In this document: piece after piece, positions 30,136 through 40,910 of the stretch
Layout: every line of letters begins with the position of its first letter
Position numbering within the stretch: position 1 is the first letter of the stretch
Assembly: GCA_037137535.1 (NCBI GenBank)
Contig: JBAXKC010000013.1
Location: 1-62,066 of the forward strand
From: a bacterium
GTDB lineage: Bacteria; Cyanobacteriota; Vampirovibrionia; Gastranaerophilales; JBAXKC01
Length of the DNA: 62,066 bases
Direction of reading: 5' to 3'
Made by a program: the position numbers and the translations under genes
Notes under the pieces: model-generated
Told to the model about the DNA's origin: nothing
The model's input: only the letters and a program-made list of their open reading frames with translations
Databases searched by the model: none

Positions 30136-30582
30136 ATGTGTATTTTCATTATGAATAAAGAAATAGTTATAATTGATAAAACACGTATATGTGAACTGGA
30201 TGAATCTTTTTTTAAAATTATTAATTTATTGGATAAATTCAATAATCGTTTGTTTTTTGAATACAGTTCATTAATTGACTCTATTGAATTGTTAAAAAAA
30301 TATATTCATGAACATATGCAAATTGAAGAAAAATATATGCATTTTTATAATTATTCAGATATTACTTTTCATCAGACCTTGCATAGAGTTTTTGAGAAAG
30401 AAATTAATCATATTCATGATGATTTTATTGAAAATGGTAATTTTACTAAATTCAAGTTAAAAATAATTGATTTTGTTCAAAGTTGGCATTTTCATCACAT
30501 TAGCCATGAAGATGTGAAATTTATTCAATTTATGAAGTCGATCTCAATTCCTACAAAGTTAGTTTTTGAGTCTATTAATTAA
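30136..30582 (+). CDS. Bacteriohemerythrin-like protein
   Basis: HMQIEEKYM, H-x3-H (FHQTLH) and WHFHHISHED motifs. Confidence 0.8.
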   Translation: MCIFIMNKEIVIIDKTRICELDESFFKIINLLDKFNNRLFFEYSSLIDSIELLKKYIHEHMQIEEKYMHFYNYSDITFHQTLHRVFEKEINHIHDDFIENGNFTKFKLKIIDFVQSWHFHHISHEDVKFIQFMKSISIPTKLVFESIN

Positions 30583-30619
30583 TTATTCAATATTATTTAG
30601 TTATAGAATAGGCAAAAAA

Positions 30620-31504
30620 ATGAATGATATGTATTTATTTAAGGAGTATTCAGCAAAAGATGATTTTCAAGATGAGTCATTTTATGAAAATATTATGACT
30701 TATCTTGAGGAAAATCAACTTGGGGCTGAAAAATATGATAATCTGCTAATAAATAAATTGATTTTAAAATATCATGAATCAGAAAAGAAGATTGAATCGT
30801 TAAATCATTTGAATAATAAGTTTCTTTCTATTTCTGCTCATGATTTAAGAATTCCAATTTCTGTTATAAAAAATATTACTGAACTCCTTATGAATGCTAA
30901 TGCTTTTAAAAATACTGAAATAACATTATTATCTGTAATTAAAGAAATTAGTGAAGATATTATTAAATTATTAGATGATATTCTTGAAATTAGTGTTATT
31001 GATCCACAACCTATGATTTTAAATTTTGAAACTTCTGATATTAATAATCTTGTGGAACGATGTATTGCCGTTAATTTATCTAATGCCAGATATAAAAACA
31101 TAAGTCTTAATATAAATTTGAAAAATACAGTAATAACAAAATTTGATAATACAAAGATATATCAGGCGATAGATTGCATAATAAATAATGCTGTTAAATA
31201 TTCATCAGATAATGCTCAATTATTTGTTTTTACTTCTCAAGTCGGTGATAATTTAGAATTTATTGTTGAAGATGAAGGACCAGGGATAAATATAGAGAAC
31301 ATTGATTCTATATTTACTTCTTTGGAAGATTCATCTTTTTTTTATGATAGGTGTAATCAAGATAATCAGGTAAGTTTAAAATTTGTAAAAAATATTATAG
31401 AAGCTCATAAAGGTAAACTTATTATTCGTTCAAAATCTGATAGAGGTTCTGTATTTGGTTTTTCTTTACCAATAATACAAGAATTAATTACAGTTAATAA
31501 TTAA
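30620..31504 (+). CDS. Cytoplasmic sensor histidine kinase-like protein with degenerate G2 box
   Basis: H-box AHDLRIP, N-box NNAVKYS, G1 DEGPGI, terminal GSVFGFSLP. Confidence 0.8.
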   Translation: MNDMYLFKEYSAKDDFQDESFYENIMTYLEENQLGAEKYDNLLINKLILKYHESEKKIESLNHLNNKFLSISAHDLRIPISVIKNITELLMNANAFKNTEITLLSVIKEISEDIIKLLDDILEISVIDPQPMILNFETSDINNLVERCIAVNLSNARYKNISLNINLKNTVITKFDNTKIYQAIDCIINNAVKYSSDNAQLFVFTSQVGDNLEFIVEDEGPGINIENIDSIFTSLEDSSFFYDRCNQDNQVSLKFVKNIIEAHKGKLIIRSKSDRGSVFGFSLPIIQELITVNN

Positions 31505-31611
31505 ATCTATTTCTAATAACCAAAAAGAATTATCCATTTGAGCATTGTTGACTTTGTTCGATAAGTTTATACAGACAAGAGATAAAATAGCTGATTTATA
31601 GAGGAATAAGT

Positions 31612-33327
31612 ATGGAAGATAAAAGTTTTACAATTGATGATTTATCCATAGTAATTTGTGGAGAAGCAGGACAAGGTGTAGAAACTTCTGCAGAAATGAT
31701 TGCGGACGTCTTTAAATCTTGCGGCTATAATACTTTAGTTGTTAAAGAATATATGTCTAGAATTAGGGGTGGTTCAAATTCTAGTGAAATAAGAATTTCA
31801 AATAGTAAAAATTTATCTTTTGTTGAACGAATTGATGTTCTTATATTATTAAGCAAAAAATGTTTTGATTCTATTTCACCCCGATTAAGCTACAAAACAA
31901 TAATTATTGCCAATAAAGAAACTTTGCCTGAAAAAGCAGCAGAAAAGTATAAAAATATAATGTATTTAAGCGAATTAAGTGCAGATTCAAAATTATATGT
32001 AAATATAGAAGCGTTGGGTACAGTTTTATCTTTAGTTAAAGAAGATTTTAGTTCTTTAGAATTGCAAATTCGTAAAATGTTTGCATCTAAAGATGATATT
32101 ACTATTCAAAAAAATATTGAAGCTGCTAAGAAAGGGTTTTCTTCCCTACCAAATAATGATTTTACTTTAAATCTTAATATTGTAAAAAATGAAGATATAA
32201 AAAATGAAATATTTTTATCCGGTGGTGATGCAGTTTCTTTAGGCTGTATTGCTGGTGGATGTAATTTTATTTCTGCTTATCCAATGTCCCCTGGGACTGG
32301 TGTATTGACCTTTTTGGCTAATAATCAAAATAATTATAGAATTATTGCCGAGCAGGTAGAAGATGAAATTTCTGCTATAAATATGGCAATAGGGGCTTCT
32401 TATACAGGAGCAAGAGCAATGGTGACAACTTCAGGTGGTGGATTTGCTCTTATGACTGAAGGGGTTAGTCTTTCAGGAATGATTGAAACTCCAATCGTCA
32501 TTCATATAGGTCAAAGACCAGGTCCTGCAACAGGTTTGCCGACAAGAACAGCTCAGGAAGACTTGAATCTTGCTTTATATGCTGGTCATGGCGAATTTGT
32601 ACGAGCCATATACACTCCAGGTGATTTAGAGGAATGTTTTTATTTGTCGGCAAAAGCCTTTAATTTAGCGGATAAATTTCAAATACCTGTATTTATACTT
32701 ACTGATCAGTTGATTTTGGATTCTTATCAGCACACTCAGCCTTTTAATCTTGATTTGGTAAATATTGAAAATCATATTATTAAAACAGATGAGAATTATA
32801 AAAGATATAAGTTGACTGATGATGGAGTAAGCCCTAGAGGAATTCCCGGTTTTGGTAATGGACTTGTCGTCGTTGACAGCGATGAACATGGTGAGGATGG
32901 GCATATAACTGAAGATTTATCAATAAGAGTAAGCATGACGGATAAACGCTTGAAAAAACTTGAGCAAATGAGAAATGAATCGGAACCACCGCTTTTTTAT
33001 GGAAGTGAAACTTATAAAATATTAGTTGTGTCCTTTGGTTCTAATAAGAAAGTCATAAATGAAGCAATGGATATTTTAAAAAGAGAGGATATGGCTTTTC
33101 TTCATATTAATCAGCCTTGTCCTTTACATTTAAGCGTAGGCGAGTATTTACAAAAAGCAGAGAAAGTTATTGTCATTGAAAATAATGCAACAGCTCAATT
33201 ATCAAGTCTTATTCAGCTTGAAACAGGCTTTAATATAGACCATAAGCTCCTTAAATATAATGGAATGCCGTTTTCGCTTGAGGGCATTATGGAAAATCTT
33301 GGAGAGGTGAATCATGAATCAGAATAA
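31612..33327 (+). CDS. 2-oxoacid:ferredoxin oxidoreductase alpha subunit
   Basis: GEAGQG, YPMSP, EDEISA, TSGGGF and [11 protein letters not shown] motifs. Confidence 0.93.
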   Translation: MEDKSFTIDDLSIVICGEAGQGVETSAEMIADVFKSCGYNTLVVKEYMSRIRGGSNSSEIRISNSKNLSFVERIDVLILLSKKCFDSISPRLSYKTIIIANKETLPEKAAEKYKNIMYLSELSADSKLYVNIEALGTVLSLVKEDFSSLELQIRKMFASKDDITIQKNIEAAKKGFSSLPNNDFTLNLNIVKNEDIKNEIFLSGGDAVSLGCIAGGCNFISAYPMSPGTGVLTFLANNQNNYRIIAEQVEDEISAINMAIGASYTGARAMVTTSGGGFALMTEGVSLSGMIETPIVIHIGQRPGPATGLPTRTAQEDLNLALYAGHGEFVRAIYTPGDLEECFYLSAKAFNLADKFQIPVFILTDQLILDSYQHTQPFNLDLVNIENHIIKTDENYKRYKLTDDGVSPRGIPGFGNGLVVVDSDEHGEDGHITEDLSIRVSMTDKRLKKLEQMRNESEPPLFYGSETYKILVVSFGSNKKVINEAMDILKREDMAFLHINQPCPLHLSVGEYLQKAEKVIVIENNATAQLSSLIQLETGFNIDHKLLKYNGMPFSLEGIMENLGEVNHESE

Positions 33328-34177
33328 ATTTAACAGAGAAAATATAGATATTGCCTGGTGTGCAGGATGTGGGGATTTTAGCATTCTTCGCATAATGAAA
33401 GAAACTTTATTTGAGTGTAATTATACACCCGAACAAGTTGTTATGGTTTCAGGAATTGGGCAAGCGGCAAAAATGCCTCATTATATGACATCCCATGTAT
33501 TTAATGGTCTGCATGGAAGAGCTTTGCCTGCTGCAACAGGTATTAAAGCAACGAATCCTAATATGCTTGTTATTGCCGAAAGCGGTGATGGTGATATGTA
33601 TGGCGAAGGTGGAAATCATTTTATTCATACTATAAGAAGAAACCCTAATATTGTTAATATTGTCCATAATAATATGGTTTACGGACTTACAAAAGGACAG
33701 GCTTCACCAACCAGCTCACAAGGTTTTAAGACGGCTGTTCAAGTAAGTGGGGTGCATAGTCAACCTTTTAATCCTCTTGCTGTTGCTATTTCTTTAGATG
33801 CAAGCTTTGTCGCAAGAGCTTTTTGTGGTGACGTAGAGCAGACAAAAGAAATTATCAAAAAAGCCATTAATCACAATGGTTATGCTCTTGTTGATATTTT
33901 TCAGCCATGCGTAACTTTTAATAAAACCAATACCTATAAATGGTTTAAGGATAATACTTATTATTTAGATGAAAATCATAATCCTCATGATCATATTGCC
34001 GCATATAGTAAAGCTATTGAAACTGAAAAGCTTCCTCTTGGAGTATTTTATATTAATGAGAATAAAGTCCCTTTTGAGGACACATTAAGCGTTTATGCCG
34101 AAGAGAAAACTCCTTTGAGTGAATGGCAATCTGACCGCAAAAAACAACTCGCATCCTACATGGATCGAATAAAATAG
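33314..34177 (+). CDS. 2-oxoacid:ferredoxin oxidoreductase beta subunit
   Basis: WCAGCGD, HGRALP, GDGD (TPP binding) and [11 protein letters not shown] motifs. Confidence 0.93.
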   Translation: MNQNKFNRENIDIAWCAGCGDFSILRIMKETLFECNYTPEQVVMVSGIGQAAKMPHYMTSHVFNGLHGRALPAATGIKATNPNMLVIAESGDGDMYGEGGNHFIHTIRRNPNIVNIVHNNMVYGLTKGQASPTSSQGFKTAVQVSGVHSQPFNPLAVAISLDASFVARAFCGDVEQTKEIIKKAINHNGYALVDIFQPCVTFNKTNTYKWFKDNTYYLDENHNPHDHIAAYSKAIETEKLPLGVFYINENKVPFEDTLSVYAEEKTPLSEWQSDRKKQLASYMDRIK

Positions 34178-34187
34178 GAGATTAACA

Positions 34188-35237
34188 ATGAATAATAAAA
34201 TTTTAGAATTATTAGGTGATGATGCTCAACATTTGTTAGAGCATAAGCCTATTGTATCCAAAGATTTATTGCATATACCAGGACCTGATTTTATTGAAAG
34301 AACGGTTTCTCATTCAAGTAGAAATCCTCAGGTTTTAAGAAGTTTAAATCAGATTTATAATACCGGAAGACTCTCAGGGACAGGTTATATGTCTATTTTA
34401 CCTGTTGATCAAGGTATAGAACATTCAGCAGGAGCATCTTTTGCTCCAAATCCTCTTTATTTTGACCCTGAAAATATTGTAAAACTTGCAATAGAGGGCG
34501 GATGTAATGCTGTTGCAAGTACTTTTGGCGTATTATCAAGTGTTTCTAGAAAATATGCTCATAAAATTCCATTTATTGTAAAAATTAATCATAATGAGCT
34601 TTTATCTTACCCTAATATTCATGATCAGACTATGTTCGGCTCAGTTGAAGAAGCTTGGAACTTAGGAGCAACCGCTGTTGGTGCGACTATTTATTTTGGT
34701 TCTGCGGAATCTCGAAGACAAATCATAGAAGTTTCTCAAGCTTTTGAAAGAGCTCATGAGCTTGGAATGGTAACTGTTTTATGGTGTTACTTGAGAAATT
34801 CAGAATTTAAAAAAGATAAAGATTACCATGTGTCTGCTGACCTTACGGGGCAAGCAAATCATCTTGGTGTCACTATTAATGCGGATATTATAAAGCAGAA
34901 ACTGCCAGAGAATAATGGTGGTTATAATGCAATTAAATTTGGAAAAACAAGTCCAAAAGTTTATTCAGAATTAACAACCGACCATCCTATCGATTTATGC
35001 CGTTATCAGGTGTTAAATTGTTATGCAGGAAGAGTTGGGCTGATTAATTCTGGTGGTGCATCATCAGGTGCAGGCGATTTAAAAGAAGCTGTAAAAACTG
35101 CCGTAATTAATAAAAAAGCTGGTGGAATGGGCCTAATTTCAGGTAGAAAGGCATTCCAACGACCAATGAAAGAAGGTGTTGAGCTACTTAATTCAATTCA
35201 AGATGTTTATTTAGAAAATGAAATTAGCGTAGATTAG
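34188..35237 (+). CDS. fbaB: Class I fructose-bisphosphate aldolase
   Basis: [25 protein letters not shown] and [10 protein letters not shown] motifs. Confidence 0.95.
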   Translation: MNNKILELLGDDAQHLLEHKPIVSKDLLHIPGPDFIERTVSHSSRNPQVLRSLNQIYNTGRLSGTGYMSILPVDQGIEHSAGASFAPNPLYFDPENIVKLAIEGGCNAVASTFGVLSSVSRKYAHKIPFIVKINHNELLSYPNIHDQTMFGSVEEAWNLGATAVGATIYFGSAESRRQIIEVSQAFERAHELGMVTVLWCYLRNSEFKKDKDYHVSADLTGQANHLGVTINADIIKQKLPENNGGYNAIKFGKTSPKVYSELTTDHPIDLCRYQVLNCYAGRVGLINSGGASSGAGDLKEAVKTAVINKKAGGMGLISGRKAFQRPMKEGVELLNSIQDVYLENEISVD

Positions 35238-35284
35238 TAAGTATTTTTACCTTATTTTTACTGTTTGTGAAAGGTAGGTCAATT

Positions 35285-35455
35285 ATGATTGAAAGACTAG
35301 ACGGCATTATTGTTGATTTTAAAGAATCAATAGAGGATTTTGGTTTTGAAGTCAGATCTATTATTGATAAAGCTAAGGCCTTAGAGGCTAGAGTTGTAAA
35401 GCTGGAAAAAGAAATAGAAGATTGTAGATGTTCTATAAGACATAGTGTGAAATAA
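35285..35455 (+). CDS. Small coiled-coil hypothetical protein
   Basis: 56-aa ORF after an AGGT SD-like sequence; heptad pattern ALEARVVKLEKEIE; co-oriented with the operon. Confidence 0.5.
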   Translation: MIERLDGIIVDFKESIEDFGFEVRSIIDKAKALEARVVKLEKEIEDCRCSIRHSVK

Positions 35456-35540
35456 TAATAAATTTGTGTGTTAATAAGTTAGCTAAGAGATGAATTTAAG
35501 GTCCAATTGCTAAAGATTAGCTTTTTAACTATTAATTAAT

Positions 35541-35575
35541 AAAACTCCGGTCTGTTATAAACAGACCGGAGTTTT
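35541..35575. terminator. Bidirectional terminator
   Basis: AAAACTCCGGTCTGTT-ATA-AACAGACCGGAGTTTT perfect hairpin between convergent genes. Confidence 0.85.
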
Positions 35576-35590
35576 ATTATGTCTTTAAAA

Positions 35591-38422
35591 TTAAAGAGCT
35601 TCTATACAAGTTGGGCAAATTGTTGAATGTTCGGTGTTTTCTCCGATTTTTTCAGAGAATTTCCAACATCTGTTGCATTTTTCACCTTTTGCAGAGTGTG
35701 CGTAAATTGTATAATCGCCTTCTTCAAGTTTATTAAGGATGTTTTCAGGTTCTTGATTACTGATAACAGCTGAGGAAGTTATAAATACGCCCATTAAATC
35801 TTTTTCTACCGATTTAAGGTGTTTTTCAATTTCTTCGTTAGCTACTTTAATTACAACCCCTGTTTCAAGTGAACTTCCAATTTTCTTTTCAGCTCTTACA
35901 GGTTCAATTGTTCTTGTTACTATTTCTCTTAATTTGATGATTTCATTCCATTTTTCGTTTAATTCTTCGTTTAAGAATTCTGGTTTTACTCTTGGCCAAT
36001 CAGTTAATAGAACGCTTTCAATTGATCCTTTTTGATATTCAGGAATATATTGCCAGATATCTTCCGCTAAGTGGGGGGTTACAGGTGTTAATAATCTTGT
36101 TAGAACCTGTAATGTTTCGTGCATTACTGTTTGGCTTGCTCTTCTTGATACGGATTTTTTTCCTGCTGTATATAATCTGTCTTTTACAACATCAAGATAG
36201 ATAGAGCTAAGATCTACAGCTGCGAAATTTTGTAATAGCTGATAATATCTGTAAAATTCATACTTATCAAACGCTAAAGTTACGTTTTCAATAAGTTTTT
36301 GAAGTTTATGTAATGCAAATTTGTCGATTTCTTCAAGTTCATCGTAGCTTACATAATCAGTTTCAGGATCAAAATCAAACAGGTTTCCAAGTAAAAATCT
36401 TGAAGTGTTTCTTACTTTTTTATAGATTTCAACCAGCTGCTGAATAATATTTTCGCCGATTTTAACGTCATTTGTATAATCAACGCTTGCCGTCCAAAGT
36501 CTTAAAACGTCTGCACCGTATTTATTTACAATTGCTTGTGGAGCAACAACATTACCCGCACTTTTGCTCATTTTACGACCATTGCTGTCCAAAACAAATC
36601 CGTGAGTAAGAACTGATTTATATGGTGCTCTTCCTTTTGTAGCAACACTTGTAAGTAATGAAGATTGGAACCATCCTCTGTGTTGGTCAGAACCTTCAAG
36701 GTACATTTCAACAGGTGTTCCGCCAAGTTCTTCATTTCTTGCATCAACAACAGCAGCATGGGTTATACCGCTATCGAACCATACATCCATGATGTCATTT
36801 TCTTTTCTGAAATCAGTAGAAAGACATTCAGGACATTTGAATCCTTTTGGTAATAATTCTTCTTCTGAATATTTAATCCATGCGTCGGAGGATTCTTTTT
36901 CAAACTTTTTAGCAACATTATCAATGGTTTCGTCGTTAATAATGTGAATACCGCAGTCATTACAATAGAATACAGGAATTGGAACGCCCCATGCTCTTTG
37001 TCTGCTTATACACCAGTCAGAGCGTGATTCTACCATGTTGTAAATTCTTTGATAATTATTTGCAGGAATCCATTTTACTTCGTCAATAGCTTTTAATGCT
37101 TGTTGTCTAAAGTTCTCGATGTTAATAAACCATTGTTCTGTTGCTCTGTATATTACTGGGCGTTTACATCTCCAGCAATGCGGATAACTGTGAGCTATTT
37201 CGCCTTTTGCTAAAAGAGCATTTTTTTCTACCAACTCTTCAATTATAAGATCATTTGCTTTGTAATAAGGTAATCCCTGAAATTTGCCAGCATCTTCGGT
37301 GAAAATACCTTTATTTGTAAGTGGTGATAATACACCTAATCTGTATTTTATTCCAACTTCATAATCTTCAAGACCATGCCCCGGAGCTGTATGAACTGCG
37401 CCTGTACCAGCTTCTGTGGTAACGTGGTCGCCTAAGATTATAAGGCTGTTTCTGTCATAGAAAGGATGTAAAGCATTGATATATTCAAGTTTATCGCCTG
37501 TTGTAGTTCCTAAAACTTTATAAGTTCCTTCTTCCCATCCAACTGCTTTTGCAACAGTATCAAGAAGTTCAGAACAAATAATTAATACTTCATTGCTTCC
37601 GTCAACTTTTACATAGGAATACTCAAGTTTTGCATTAAGTGCAATACCAAGGTTTGCAGGAAGTGTCCATGGTGTTGTTGTCCATATAACCATGTATAAC
37701 GGATTTACTAAAGTTAAACCTGCTGCTGCATAAGCTTTTTGAGTTTCTTCTCTTTCAAAGCCGAATTTTACATAAACGCTGTTTGATTTATGGTCTGCAT
37801 ATTCCACTTCTGCTTCAGCTAAAGCCGTTTCGCAGTCAGCACACCAGTAAACAGGTTTTAGCCCTTTATATACATAGCCTTTTTTGAACATTTCGCCAAA
37901 AACTCTGACTTGAACTGCTTCAAAATCAGGGCTTATTGTTACATAAGGATTTTCCCAGTTTCCTAAAACACCGAGCCTTTTAAAATCAGCTTCCTGTCCT
38001 TTCAGGTTTTTATGAGCAAATTCTCTGCATTGTTTTCTTAATTCTTCTGCTGTTATTGCTTCTCTGCCGCCTTTGATGTTTTTAACAACAGCATTTTCAA
38101 TTGGTAATCCATGTCCGTCATAACCTGGTACATAAGGACTATAGAAGCCTGATTGTGATTTATATTTGATTACGATGTCTTTTAATATTTTGTTTAATGC
38201 TGTTCCAATGTGAATTTTATCGGAACTTAAGTATGGAGGTCCATCATGAAGTATAAATTTAGGGGATTTACTTCTTTGTTTAATATTTTTTTCATAAATA
38301 TCGGATTCTTCCCAATACTTTTGAGTTTCCAGTTCTTTTACTGCTGCATTTGCCTTCATTTTAAAGTTTGTTTGAGGCAAATTTAACGTATTTTTGTAGT
38401 CAACACTTTGCTCTTCGCTCAT
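35591..38422 (-). CDS. ileS: Isoleucyl-tRNA synthetase
   Basis: HDGPPY, HIGT (HIGH-type), EGSDQHRGWF and KMSKS motifs; C-terminal zinc finger. Confidence 0.97.
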   Translation of the reverse strand: MSEEQSVDYKNTLNLPQTNFKMKANAAVKELETQKYWEESDIYEKNIKQRSKSPKFILHDGPPYLSSDKIHIGTALNKILKDIVIKYKSQSGFYSPYVPGYDGHGLPIENAVVKNIKGGREAITAEELRKQCREFAHKNLKGQEADFKRLGVLGNWENPYVTISPDFEAVQVRVFGEMFKKGYVYKGLKPVYWCADCETALAEAEVEYADHKSNSVYVKFGFEREETQKAYAAAGLTLVNPLYMVIWTTTPWTLPANLGIALNAKLEYSYVKVDGSNEVLIICSELLDTVAKAVGWEEGTYKVLGTTTGDKLEYINALHPFYDRNSLIILGDHVTTEAGTGAVHTAPGHGLEDYEVGIKYRLGVLSPLTNKGIFTEDAGKFQGLPYYKANDLIIEELVEKNALLAKGEIAHSYPHCWRCKRPVIYRATEQWFINIENFRQQALKAIDEVKWIPANNYQRIYNMVESRSDWCISRQRAWGVPIPVFYCNDCGIHIINDETIDNVAKKFEKESSDAWIKYSEEELLPKGFKCPECLSTDFRKENDIMDVWFDSGITHAAVVDARNEELGGTPVEMYLEGSDQHRGWFQSSLLTSVATKGRAPYKSVLTHGFVLDSNGRKMSKSAGNVVAPQAIVNKYGADVLRLWTASVDYTNDVKIGENIIQQLVEIYKKVRNTSRFLLGNLFDFDPETDYVSYDELEEIDKFALHKLQKLIENVTLAFDKYEFYRYYQLLQNFAAVDLSSIYLDVVKDRLYTAGKKSVSRRASQTVMHETLQVLTRLLTPVTPHLAEDIWQYIPEYQKGSIESVLLTDWPRVKPEFLNEELNEKWNEIIKLREIVTRTIEPVRAEKKIGSSLETGVVIKVANEEIEKHLKSVEKDLMGVFITSSAVISNQEPENILNKLEEGDYTIYAHSAKGEKCNRCWKFSEKIGENTEHSTICPTCIEAL

Positions 38423-38643
38423 TCGACTCCGCCTTTACCAAAAAAATGTGATACTTTTTACTATTATAAGACAAAAATTAACTTTAGAAAAAATCTCATT
38501 TTTGAGCAATTTTATTCATTTATTTAACTTATTGATAATAAATAAAAAAATGGTACGCTATCCTATGTATAGTCGTATTTATTAGAGAACTTATTTTACG
38601 TTTTTGTATATAGAATAACTTTGGTATGTGTTATTAAATTTTT

Positions 38644-40899
38644 ATGATGATTAAACAGTTTCCAACTCAAAAAGCTCAAAAAGAATTACATGTTGCGTTT
38701 GTATGGCATATGCATCAACCACCGTATAAAAATATTGATACGGCTGAATATTTGATGCCATGGGTCAGGCTGCATGCCGTAAAAGATTATCTTGATATGG
38801 TAACTATTTTAGAAAATTATCCTAAAATTAAACAAACTTTTAATATTGTACCTTCTTTATTAGATCAGCTTAATGATTATGCATTTAACGGTGCGCTTGA
38901 TATTCATTCAAGAATTACTGTTAAAGCTATTTCTGATTTAACAGTTGATGAAAAAGTTTTTATTCTTGAACATTTTTTTGATGCAAATTATGTAAATATG
39001 GTTTTACCGCATGAGCCATATAGAAAACTTTATGAAAAAAGACATCAGCTTACTGATTTATTTATTGATAGTTTTACCGATCAGGAATATTCAGATATTA
39101 TTGCGTGGTTTAATCTTGTCTGGTTTGATCCTTGCTGGATAAGCGAAGATAAAGAGTTAAAAGCTCTTTATGAAAAAGGTAAAGATTATTCATTAAAAGA
39201 TAGACAGAGAATAATTGAAATTCAGCGTGAGCTTATAAGAAAAATCATTCCTAAATATAAAGAAATGCAGGATAAAGGACAGATTGAGATAACTACAAGC
39301 CCTTATAATCACCCTATCTTACCGCTTTTAATAGAAATGAATTCTGCGGATAGAGCAATTCCGACTATTCAGCTTCCTGAAAATACAGATACTATGCTTG
39401 ATGATGCAAAAGAGCAAACTTCAAGGTCAATAAAAAGATATGAAGAGCTTTTTGGTAAAAAACCTCAAGGTATATGGTTATCAGAACAATGTATAAGTCC
39501 TGAAAGTATTGAATTAATATCAAAAATGGGATTCAAATGGACAATTACTGACGAAGGAAACCTTTCTAAGACTATAGAAAAAGAATTTATAAGAGATTTT
39601 CACGGTGATTTAGTCGATCCTTTTGATCTTTGTAAGGCATATAACGTAAAAATTAATGATAGTGAAATAAAAGTTTTATTTAGAAACTCGGTTTTAGCAG
39701 ATTTAATTGGTTTTGAATATGGTAATCATGACCCCGAAGCGGCTGCTAATGACTTATATGAAAGAATAAAAGGCATTCAATCTTCATTAGAGACTTCACC
39801 CGAAAAGCATCACATTGTAACAATTGCACTTGACGGTGAAAATTGTTGGGAAAGTTATTATAAAGACGGTAGGCCGTTTTTGGATACCCTTTACAGGCTT
39901 ATGTCCGAGGATGAAACTTTAAATGTAACCAGAGTTTGTGATTTCGTTGATAAATTGGAAAGTACCACAACGCTTGATACTATTCATTCAGGCTCATGGA
40001 TTAATAGAAGTTTTCAGCTTTGGATAGGAGATCCTACTAAAAATCTTGCTTGGGATTATCTTCAAAAAACTCGTAATGATTTAGTTGGTTTTTCTAAAGA
40101 AAAAAATATTGATAAAGCCTTGATAGATAAGGCTTGGGATGAATTATACATTGCTCAAGGCAGTGATTGGTTTTGGTGGTATGGTGAGCCTAATGATTCA
40201 GGGCAAGATGACCTGTTTGACTGGTTATTTAGAATGCATTTGCAAAATGTATATAGAGTTCTTGGAAAGCCTGATCCTGAATATTTACAGATTCCTCTGG
40301 AATTATTTGTAGGGAAACCGTCAAAAGCACCTTTGGGCTTATTAAATCCTTGTATTAACGGTGAAGTTACCGATGAAAATGAGTGGAAAAATGCAGGCTG
40401 TATTGATATACATCAAGGGCCTATGTATCAGTCTGACAAGCTTTTAAACAGAATATTATTTGGATTTGATAAAGATAATATTTATTTTAGATTTGAGTTA
40501 AATAAAGTTGATTTAGCTAAATCAATAGTGGAAATTTATTTATATTCCTTTATTCCTGAACAATTAAGACCTCTTTCTCCTTGCAGAATAAGAAATAAAG
40601 GATCAACAATATTTCCTAGTCAAAGATACGGATTTGCAAACGAAATTGAAATCCCTTTTATAGAAAATGGAATTCAGCCTCTTATTCTTTCAGAATCAAT
40701 AGAAGGCGGACTCTGGAAAGTTGTAATACATAATAATATTCAGTATGAGTATAATTCTGTATTAGAAATAGCCATACCCTTTGATGATTTAGGTGTTGAG
40801 GAAAAACAAGAAATTCAGTTTGTTGCGATGACATCTAAATCGCAGATTCTTCAGCAAATAATTCCGCATAATAAAGCTATAACAATAAAAAGACCATAA
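38644..40899 (+). CDS. Glycoside hydrolase family 57 (amylopullulanase-like)
   Basis: WHMHQP, HPILPL, GIWLSE, LDGENCWE and GSDWFWW motifs. Confidence 0.92.
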   Translation: MMIKQFPTQKAQKELHVAFVWHMHQPPYKNIDTAEYLMPWVRLHAVKDYLDMVTILENYPKIKQTFNIVPSLLDQLNDYAFNGALDIHSRITVKAISDLTVDEKVFILEHFFDANYVNMVLPHEPYRKLYEKRHQLTDLFIDSFTDQEYSDIIAWFNLVWFDPCWISEDKELKALYEKGKDYSLKDRQRIIEIQRELIRKIIPKYKEMQDKGQIEITTSPYNHPILPLLIEMNSADRAIPTIQLPENTDTMLDDAKEQTSRSIKRYEELFGKKPQGIWLSEQCISPESIELISKMGFKWTITDEGNLSKTIEKEFIRDFHGDLVDPFDLCKAYNVKINDSEIKVLFRNSVLADLIGFEYGNHDPEAAANDLYERIKGIQSSLETSPEKHHIVTIALDGENCWESYYKDGRPFLDTLYRLMSEDETLNVTRVCDFVDKLESTTTLDTIHSGSWINRSFQLWIGDPTKNLAWDYLQKTRNDLVGFSKEKNIDKALIDKAWDELYIAQGSDWFWWYGEPNDSGQDDLFDWLFRMHLQNVYRVLGKPDPEYLQIPLELFVGKPSKAPLGLLNPCINGEVTDENEWKNAGCIDIHQGPMYQSDKLLNRILFGFDKDNIYFRFELNKVDLAKSIVEIYLYSFIPEQLRPLSPCRIRNKGSTIFPSQRYGFANEIEIPFIENGIQPLILSESIEGGLWKVVIHNNIQYEYNSVLEIAIPFDDLGVEEKQEIQFVAMTSKSQILQQIIPHNKAITIKRP

Positions 40900-40910
40900 A
40901 GTTAAACTGT

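Noticed and set aside
38423-38643. T-box riboswitch upstream of ileS
   Set aside because: No T-box consensus or terminator/antiterminator; short AT-rich divergent promoter region
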